Source: an uncultured archaeon
GTDB taxonomy: Archaea; Asgardarchaeota; Lokiarchaeia; Sigyniarchaeales; SOKP01
Direction of reading: 5' to 3'
NCBI GenBank assembly: GCA_964508365.1
Contig: CAZDTP010000068.1
Span: forward strand, 1 to 17,560
Length of the DNA: 17,560 bases
Shown here piece by piece: positions 7,656 to 14,354 of the stretch; position 1 is the first letter of the stretch, and the number at the start of each line of letters is the position of its first letter. The position numbers and the translations under genes were made by a program. The notes beneath the pieces were generated by a model. That model did not search any database. It saw only the letters and a list, made by a program, of their open reading frames with translations, and had not been told where the DNA came from.

Positions 7656-8843
7656 TTAATCTCGTTGACCTAATATGGTCGTGGAACAAACGCTAAACGC
7701 ACCGCCGAGGTTATGAGCCAAACCGATCTTGGCATCAGGCACTTGTCTTCCTTCAGCACGTCCTTGAACTTGCTTGCAAATCTCCGTGAGCATTCGACAA
7801 CCGGTACTTCCAATCGGATGACCAAAACTTTTTAGCCCTCCAGATGGATTTACGGCTGTTTCTCCATCCCAATTGAATGTTCCTTTCTTAAGTTCTTCAG
7901 CTGCTTGACCTCTATCACAGAATTGTAAGTCTTGACAGTTTATGAGTTCTGTGATCGTAAAACAGTCATGAACTTCTGCGGCGTCAATTTCTTTTCTTGG
8001 ATCTGTGATTCCCGCTTCTTTATAAGCATAATTCGCTGCTTTTACAGTTGATGGGAATGCTGTAAAGTCTGCTCCGGGGCCACCTGGAGGTATGTACCAG
8101 GGAAAATTGGTGTGAGCCGAAATCGCATTGGCTTTCACCATAACGTAATCATCCGCATGAGCATAACTTTCTGCGAGTTCTGGTCTCGTAAGGATCAACG
8201 CAGCAGCTCCGTCTGACATAGCGCAGCAGTCGAATCTACCAAGGGGATCTGCAATCATAGGGGCATTCATCGCGGCTTCAATGGTAATTGGACTCCGAAA
8301 ATGTGCTTTTGGATGGTGAGAACCGTTTTCATGATTTTTTACGGCAACTCGAGCTAGATCTTCTTTAGTCCAGCCGAACTCGTGAAAACATCTAGTTGCT
8401 GCCATCGAAAACATTGCTGGTGCGGAAGGTGTTGGATACACTGGATGTCCAAATTGGGTAAAGCCAGGCAAACCACTACCTCCCTCGTCCATTAGCTTCT
8501 CCACACCACAGGCAAGAACAATATCATATGCGCCAGAGGCAATAGCAAAGGAAGCATTACGAAAGGCGTCCATCCCTGAAGCGCAATAATTTTCCACTCG
8601 AGTGGCAGGTTTACCATCCATTCTTAGGATATCTTCTACCATTGCACCTGATAATCCCGTAAAATAGTAAAATATCCCAATCCAGCTCGCATCAATCTCA
8701 TCCTTGGTGACTCCGGCGTCTTTTAAAGCGCTTTGGAACGCTTCAAAAAGCAGGTCGTATTGCGACTTGTCCCACCGTTCTCCATATTTTGTCATATCGC
8801 AACCAATAATCGCGACTTTGTCTTTAATACCATGTCTTACCAT
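7656..8843 (-). CDS. Acetyl-CoA acetyltransferase/thiolase, SCP2/archaeal type (395 aa; start corrected from 8891 to 8843)
   Basis: RVENYCASG (Cys87), KNH, DCCAMSDGAAA, EVHDCFT (His292), NPSGGLKSFGHPIGSTG (His342) and HNLGG. The ATG at 8843 follows GGAGGT by 7 nt and removes the overlap with the upstream gene. Confidence 0.95.
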   Translation of the reverse strand: MVRHGIKDKVAIIGCDMTKYGERWDKSQYDLLFEAFQSALKDAGVTKDEIDASWIGIFYYFTGLSGAMVEDILRMDGKPATRVENYCASGMDAFRNASFAIASGAYDIVLACGVEKLMDEGGSGLPGFTQFGHPVYPTPSAPAMFSMAATRCFHEFGWTKEDLARVAVKNHENGSHHPKAHFRSPITIEAAMNAPMIADPLGRFDCCAMSDGAAALILTRPELAESYAHADDYVMVKANAISAHTNFPWYIPPGGPGADFTAFPSTVKAANYAYKEAGITDPRKEIDAAEVHDCFTITELINCQDLQFCDRGQAAEELKKGTFNWDGETAVNPSGGLKSFGHPIGSTGCRMLTEICKQVQGRAEGRQVPDAKIGLAHNLGGAFSVCSTTILGQRD

Positions 8844-8850
8844 ATTTATT

Positions 8851-8856
8851 ACCTCC
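8851..8856 (-). promoter_or_regulatory. Shine-Dalgarno GGAGGT for the thiolase
   Basis: The minus strand reads ACT TAA A GGAGGT AATAAAT ATG: upstream stop, RBS, then start. Confidence 0.85.
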
Positions 8857-8857
8857 T

Positions 8858-10303
8858 TTAAGTTCTCCCCCTCACGGGTCGACATTTCCAATAATAGTTT
8901 TTAAATTCAGCACCTTCATGTTCTTTTCTGAAGGTCAACTCGACTCTCATCCCAATTTTGACGTTTTCTTCGGGGTTTTCAATTTCAGTCATATTGACGA
9001 GCACTCTACCACCACCATCGAGGTCTATCACGCATCGAGGGACAGGTGTGTTGAGATATGCTCCACCAACCAAATGATCAAGGGTATATGTAAAGAGTTC
9101 TCCTTCCTTTGCGAGTTTCACTCTTTCAAGTTGATCATCAGCCCTACAGACGGAACAAGCTCGTGAGAGGACTGGATATTGCACAGCTCCACAATTCTTG
9201 CATTTTAACCCATACCACTTATAAACAGAAGGAGTATCACGCCAGATTAGAACAGCTGAGCTCTTACGTGTATATCTATCCTTATTGAGTAATTCTTTAG
9301 ACTCAATGAACTTGGTGTAATTTTTTAGGAGGGTCATCGATTTTTGGTGACCGATAAAACCCATTCTTCCTTTGCCAATATCTCTAACACCATCTTTATC
9401 TCGAACTTGCATCAGAATTGCATCAGCTCCATCTCCAAAACCAGCCATGATGATCTTGGCATCTGGTTTAGGTCTTCGTAAGCTGGAAATGAGGAGCATG
9501 AAGGGCATTGGCGTCCCCATGTCACCTACTTGAAAGAATATGCTATTTTGAGCGACTCCTTGACCAAACTTCATTATTTTCGAGATTCTACTGTGCATTC
9601 GGGGGTTATTATAGTAATAAGCTGCAATTGCGATGTCTTCAGAAGGATTTAAATTATTGCGTTTCAAGATTTCAGACATTACTTTAGTAATGCTTTCCAC
9701 GTAAAACTTCGCGTCCATTTTGACTTCAAAAGTTCTGATAAACTCATCCTTATCCGCTCTTTTCCACGGTCCAGTCACATTCGCTGAGACTGAATAATAA
9801 TCATCAATCGAAATTGGGATATTTTCTTCATCCGCAACTAGTATAGCTGCAGCCCCATCTGCAAATCCATATTCCCACATAGTTGAGGGTTCAGGTTTTC
9901 TAGTATCAGCTGCAATTACCAAGATACTATTGATATCTTTGTTAGCCTTGATTGTATCAACAGCTCTAGTTAAAGCTGTTGTACCTGCTTTAGTAGAGTC
10001 CGTGAAATCTGCGGTAATGATGTCCTCTCTCATATCGAGTACGGTAGCGATTAATGACGCTGAATCTTTTTCGGTATAAACTTGTGTTGTGGAAGCAAAG
10101 AATATCCCATCAACTGTCTTTGGGTCAATTCCCGCCAAGCAATCAAGTCCTGCTTCTACGGACATTGTCAAGCTGTCCTCATCTTCCATCGCTACTGCTT
10201 TAGTCCCAGGAACAGTTGGGAAATCCCATGCTTTAGCGACAAGTTCTCTGGGCAGCATGTATTTAGGTAAATACGCACCATAACTTTTAATACCAATTGG
10301 CAT
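8858..10303 (-). CDS. HMG-CoA synthase-like (catalytically degenerate) domain fused to a DUF35 Zn-ribbon/OB-fold domain
   Basis: N-terminal GIKSYGAYLP, DEDSLTM, KAGT, ADGAAA and GFGDGADA fit the HMGS/KASIII fold. C-terminal C368xxC371...C383xxC386 followed by GELFTYT...GGRVLVNM...IGMRVELTFR...YYWK fits DUF35. The catalytic Cys position holds Thr104. Confidence 0.9.
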   Translation of the reverse strand: MPIGIKSYGAYLPKYMLPRELVAKAWDFPTVPGTKAVAMEDEDSLTMSVEAGLDCLAGIDPKTVDGIFFASTTQVYTEKDSASLIATVLDMREDIITADFTDSTKAGTTALTRAVDTIKANKDINSILVIAADTRKPEPSTMWEYGFADGAAAILVADEENIPISIDDYYSVSANVTGPWKRADKDEFIRTFEVKMDAKFYVESITKVMSEILKRNNLNPSEDIAIAAYYYNNPRMHSRISKIMKFGQGVAQNSIFFQVGDMGTPMPFMLLISSLRRPKPDAKIIMAGFGDGADAILMQVRDKDGVRDIGKGRMGFIGHQKSMTLLKNYTKFIESKELLNKDRYTRKSSAVLIWRDTPSVYKWYGLKCKNCGAVQYPVLSRACSVCRADDQLERVKLAKEGELFTYTLDHLVGGAYLNTPVPRCVIDLDGGGRVLVNMTEIENPEENVKIGMRVELTFRKEHEGAEFKNYYWKCRPVRGRT

Positions 10304-10314
10304 ATTAATTTTTT

Positions 10315-10352
10315 ACCTCTGTTATCTCTTATTTTTATTGTTTGGATATAAA
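10315..10352 (-). promoter_or_regulatory. Putative TATA box (TTTATAT, 10352-10346) and RBS (GAGGT, 10319-10315) for the pseudo-HMGS/thiolase operon
   Basis: The spacing predicts a TSS near 10323, just upstream of the RBS. The AT-rich background weakens the TATA call. Confidence 0.45.
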
Positions 10353-10467
10353 TAATTAGTTATATGATTCTCAATTTTTGAAATTAAATATATTTTGGTT
10401 TTTAATTTTGATGGTAAGACAATTTAGTAATTACATTCTATGAGGAAGAGGGTAAAAGTGCTATACT

Positions 10468-10489
10468 AAAAAGAAAAAGAGTCAAAAAA
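10468..10489 (-). terminator. Oligo-T terminator candidate after the GNAT gene
   Basis: The minus strand reads T6-GACTC-T5-C-T5 immediately after the TGA at 10491. Confidence 0.5.
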
Positions 10490-10490
10490 T

Positions 10491-10976
10491 TCAGTCGGTT
10501 TCAAATTTTTTCTCCAATACAGTTATTATTGGAATAAATCCTACTTTACCAAAAATATCGATAAGTTTTTTATCTCCTCTATACGCCATGTTGATACGCA
10601 CCGCTTCGCATCCCCATGATTTTAATATTTGTGTAGCCCGATCTGCTAAAATTTTTCCTACACCCTTGCCAATGAATTCTTTTTCAGTAGCCCAATTATT
10701 TAGATAGCCAATATATTGTCCTAAATTATTTTTAACCGCCTCTAGCATCCCCATTGAAGCGACCTGACCTGTTGATTTTAGTTCGGCAATTAAAGTTATT
10801 CTTTTCAAATTTGGTTTAAATTGTCTTAGACCAGATGTTTCTCGCCATTTAGATTCGACGAATCCAATATTAAACTTGCTTTGAAGTTCTTTTAAAATTT
10901 TTAAAGTAGCTTGGTAATCAGATGTTCTATAATTTCTAATTATAATATCGTCTTCTTTAATAATATCATCGGACAT
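10491..10976 (-). CDS. GNAT family N-acetyltransferase
   Basis: N-terminal IIIRNYRTSD, YLNNWATEKEFIGKGVGKILAD (motif A, acetyl-CoA pyrophosphate loop), GCEAVRINM and FGKVGF. Confidence 0.85.
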   Translation of the reverse strand: MSDDIIKEDDIIIRNYRTSDYQATLKILKELQSKFNIGFVESKWRETSGLRQFKPNLKRITLIAELKSTGQVASMGMLEAVKNNLGQYIGYLNNWATEKEFIGKGVGKILADRATQILKSWGCEAVRINMAYRGDKKLIDIFGKVGFIPIITVLEKKFETD

Positions 10977-11000
10977 ATTTTTCTACCAATTTGTTATATG

Positions 11001-12032
11001 CTATTTATTTTTTAAGAGGTTTAAATCAATTCTTTTTGATAATAACTTTTCATTGCTAACTTCGTCAATGATAAAGAATATGTACTCGTCAATATGAGGT
11101 ATGATAGGTGATATAAAAACTAGTTCTTCTTGTGGGAACCATTTATCTATAGTTTCGATCATAATCTCTTTTTCAAAATATTCTTTTAGATGATTAATTT
11201 TTACAATTATCCCCTTAACTTCATGTAGGGAATTATTTTGAACTAATATTTCCATTTCTTGACTGTCCTCTATTATATTGATCTTAAGTATTATAAAAGG
11301 CTTTTTGTCGATAAAATTAACCTCTCCTTGTTTATTGGGATCAAATAATTGGATATTCGAAAATGAACCTTTATATTCTTTAGTGTTGATATGTGAAACA
11401 TCAATCCCTCTAAACGCCAAGTAAGCAATTGCTTTTTGCATTCGTATAGATGTAGCGTCTGAATTTCTTATAACATCAGAAAAAAAAGTATTCGTGGTTT
11501 TTTCAATTGAATTTCTAAGTTGTTTTTTAATTGCTTGGCCATTATCTATGCGTTTTTGAATTTTAGGAGATTTAATTACTTCCTCTTTTAATATCTCAGA
11601 GTCAATTATTTCAAACAACTTGTCTTCATATTTATCTTTTACTTCTTGAGTCAAAATTCGAATAAGTTCATCCCCAAAAAGCTCAATTTTATTTGGTAAA
11701 GATACTACTATCACAATCGTTTCAGGAGTTTCCTCTTTGAGTCCTGATCTTCTTTTCTCTCTGTTAGATTTAGTTAAAAATTTCTTACCAAAGAAAGTAT
11801 AACCTTTAAATTCAAGATCTATATGATCTAAAGCATCTGATTCGTTTAAGCTTAAAAACCAGATAGGATGATATTTAATCGGACGCATAAATGCTTTGTC
11901 GTTCTTATATGTTTCAACGGGATATATTAACAAAGGCATATGTCCTTGAGCTTCATCAAAATATAGGACATAAACTACAGCTAATTCCTCAAAAGGATTT
12001 TTTTCCGATGGTGAGTCAAATAATTCAGCCAA
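11001..12032 (-). CDS. Putative longin/uDENN-like protein with a C-terminal Ig-like beta-sandwich (TTG start)
   Basis: aa 19-38 VVYVLYFDEAQGHMPLLIYP and aa 78-113 YTFFGKKF...KRRSG...TIVIVVSLP follow the uDENN/longin pattern; aa 245-343 show alternating beta-strands (EILVQNNSLHEVKGIIVKI...IDKWFPQEELVF). Fold assignment is by eye. Confidence 0.6.
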   Translation of the reverse strand: MAELFDSPSEKNPFEELAVVYVLYFDEAQGHMPLLIYPVETYKNDKAFMRPIKYHPIWFLSLNESDALDHIDLEFKGYTFFGKKFLTKSNREKRRSGLKEETPETIVIVVSLPNKIELFGDELIRILTQEVKDKYEDKLFEIIDSEILKEEVIKSPKIQKRIDNGQAIKKQLRNSIEKTTNTFFSDVIRNSDATSIRMQKAIAYLAFRGIDVSHINTKEYKGSFSNIQLFDPNKQGEVNFIDKKPFIILKINIIEDSQEMEILVQNNSLHEVKGIIVKINHLKEYFEKEIMIETIDKWFPQEELVFISPIIPHIDEYIFFIIDEVSNEKLLSKRIDLNLLKNK

Positions 12033-12123
12033 GATCGAACCCTTTCATTAGGTTTTTTTATTTAATATATTTAATTTATTTATTTAAATATTATAAATAG
12101 TATCATTTTTGATGTGAATTTTT

Positions 12124-13212
12124 ATGCAAATAACAGATATTAAAACATATGTTTTAAAAATGGATTTTAAGATTAAAATTGGAAGTATGCCACGATTCCA
12201 AGCAAGCGGTCTTTATACTAATCTTAAAACAGATGAAGGAATTGATGGATGGGCATTATCCCATTGGAATTTAAGTAATTTAGCTCAAAAACAATTCCTC
12301 GATGATGCACTGAAAAAACTAGTTTTAAATAAGGATCCTTTTATGGTTGAGGAAATCTTTCACGAAGTGTATCAAAACACTAATAGAATTATGTTTGGAA
12401 TACCTCAAGCTACTTCAGCTATACAGATTGCATGTTGGGATATAATAGGAAAAGCAACTAAGCAACCTATATATAAGTTGCTCGGTGGTCGAAAGAAAGA
12501 AGTTAAATGTTATGCTTCTATTCTACGGGGGTATAAAGCAAAACCAGCGGTTAAAACCGTTGAAAATGTTGTAAATCCTGAACTGGGAGGTTTTAAAGCG
12601 GTAAAATTGCGCATAGGGATGGGGATTGATCAAGACGCAGAAATTTTGAAGGAGGTAAGAAATGCTTTTCCTGATATTGACATTATGGTTGACGCAAATT
12701 CAGCCTATCAGTCTGTCAGAGAAGCTCTTAAAATTGCAGAAATATGTGATAAATATAATGTTACTTGGTTAGAAGAACCTATACCAACAGATAACCTGAA
12801 TGGATTAGCTAAGATAAAAGCAAAATCCCCCGTACAAATAGCTGGAGGTGAAAACGACATGGGTATCTTTCGATTTGAAGATATTCTCTCGCGAGATTGT
12901 TTTGATATAGTACAGCCAGATGTTACACGATGTGGTGGATTTTTACAATTGAAAAAGATAGATGCTATGGCGGAAGTGAAAGGAGTTCAATGCATACCTC
13001 ACATTTTTGGATTTGGACATATTTTACTAGCGAATCTCCATTTCATAATGGCTTCCCGATGTGAGTGGTGTGAATTCCCATTTTATCCTGAGGAATTCCA
13101 AATGCTTGAAGAACCTATTAAATGTGAGAAAGGCAAAGTCAAAGCAATTGATAAGCCGGGTCTGGGAGTAGAAATCGATAAAGAAATGTTCGCGAAAAAT
13201 GTCCTTAAATAA
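12124..13212 (+). CDS. Mandelate racemase/muconate lactonizing enzyme family (enolase superfamily, MR subgroup)
   Basis: IACWDIIGKATKQPIYKLLGG capping domain; K161-x-R163; metal ligands D190 (MVDAN), E217 (WLEEP) and E243 (GGEN); D266/H293 dyad; E317. Confidence 0.92.
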   Translation: MQITDIKTYVLKMDFKIKIGSMPRFQASGLYTNLKTDEGIDGWALSHWNLSNLAQKQFLDDALKKLVLNKDPFMVEEIFHEVYQNTNRIMFGIPQATSAIQIACWDIIGKATKQPIYKLLGGRKKEVKCYASILRGYKAKPAVKTVENVVNPELGGFKAVKLRIGMGIDQDAEILKEVRNAFPDIDIMVDANSAYQSVREALKIAEICDKYNVTWLEEPIPTDNLNGLAKIKAKSPVQIAGGENDMGIFRFEDILSRDCFDIVQPDVTRCGGFLQLKKIDAMAEVKGVQCIPHIFGFGHILLANLHFIMASRCEWCEFPFYPEEFQMLEEPIKCEKGKVKAIDKPGLGVEIDKEMFAKNVLK

Positions 13213-13223
13213 GGACAATTTGA

Positions 13224-13236
13224 TTTTTTTTTTTTT
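13224..13236 (+). terminator. T13 tract, terminator candidate for the enolase-superfamily gene
   Basis: 13 consecutive T, 11 nt after the TAA at 13212, in the 29-nt gap between convergent genes. Confidence 0.6.
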
Positions 13237-13241
13237 AAGTT

Positions 13242-14057
13242 TTATAATCTTTTTGCATAGAGCATATAAACGCCCATTGAAGAAAATCGACTATCTAGTC
13301 CTTTATTAACTTGAAATCCTTTATCTTCCAGCATTTCAGTTAAATTATTTAAAAGGTTCTCTCCTCCTTCAATATGTTCATGTACTTCCATCGCTATTTG
13401 TTGTATTTTATCCCAATCATGGTCCTTAATCCCTGCGAGTACTTGATATTCATAATTTTCAGCATCAATCTTCATTAAATTGATGGTATCAATATCATTT
13501 TCCTTAATTAAATCTGATAAAGGACATAGTTTACAATCTATTAATTCAGCTTTATAAAGATTTTTCAGTACAACCCTTACTACTTTTTTCCTTAGAAATT
13601 TCGGAACGATTTTTGCAATAGGCATCTCCTTACCTATGATTTCATTGTAATGTTCAACATATTGATTAACTTTTAAATCCCAATCAAATGGAATGATGGC
13701 AGAATCTGCACTTACTTTTGGATAATAATTAATTTTAGTATCCTTATTCGTTTCAGCTAATCCAATATTATAATTTTTTACATAAGCGGGTAAGTTTCTG
13801 AGGTTTTCTTCCAAAATTCCAAAGATCACAGGGACGGGCTCAAAGGTGTAAATCCTTAAATTTTTTGCTTGTGTGGTTATAAACCGGGAAAATAACCCGA
13901 TGTTTGCTCCAATGTCAAAAACTACATCCTTATCCTTTATTTGGATTCCGTGCCGAAGATATTCATTTTCAACATAAATTTCTTCATAGACATCGAGTGC
14001 TGTTAATTTATCTATGTAAGAAATAATGTCGCCATTTGGCAGTGTGAGCGTTTTCAT
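13242..14057 (-). CDS. FkbM family SAM-dependent methyltransferase (ATG 14057 preferred; in-frame TTG at 14063)
   Basis: VFDIGANIGLFS (SAM motif I), YTFEPVP, LMKIDAENYEYQVLAGI and DWDKIQQIAMEVH; AAGGGT lies 6 nt before the ATG at 14057. Confidence 0.92.
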   Translation of the reverse strand: MKTLTLPNGDIISYIDKLTALDVYEEIYVENEYLRHGIQIKDKDVVFDIGANIGLFSRFITTQAKNLRIYTFEPVPVIFGILEENLRNLPAYVKNYNIGLAETNKDTKINYYPKVSADSAIIPFDWDLKVNQYVEHYNEIIGKEMPIAKIVPKFLRKKVVRVVLKNLYKAELIDCKLCPLSDLIKENDIDTINLMKIDAENYEYQVLAGIKDHDWDKIQQIAMEVHEHIEGGENLLNNLTEMLEDKGFQVNKGLDSRFSSMGVYMLYAKRL

Positions 14058-14354
14058 ATTCAAACCCTTTTAATAAATTCTAAAAATAGATGCTTGATGA
14101 AAATATGCTTAATTAATAAATTTTAAATAAATCTTCTAACTATTTATTACTTTATTTATTATTATTCTCTTTTTTTTAGCATAAAAGGATAGATAATGAC
14201 TTTTTTTTAATCAATTAAGTTTTTTACGAGTAAAATGTTATTAACAAGCATAAATGTTTCACTTTAATTCAAGCAAATCCTTGATTGACTAATTTTATAA
14301 ATACATAGACTACTTAAAAAAGATTATTTTTACGATTTGGAGCGCTATTAACGC

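Noticed and set aside
8844-8891. 16-aa N-terminal extension of the thiolase given in the ORF track
   Set aside because: It overlaps the upstream gene and contains the GGAGGT RBS; Met at 8843 is the better start.
8704-10283. Plus-strand ORFs 8704-8904, 8918-9166, 10082-10270 and 10089-10283
   Set aside because: Antisense shadows of the GC-richer thiolase and pseudo-HMGS genes, with no motifs.
8858-10303. Calling this gene a functional HMG-CoA synthase (mvaS/hmgB) of the mevalonate pathway
   Set aside because: The catalytic Cys, Glu and His positions are all substituted.
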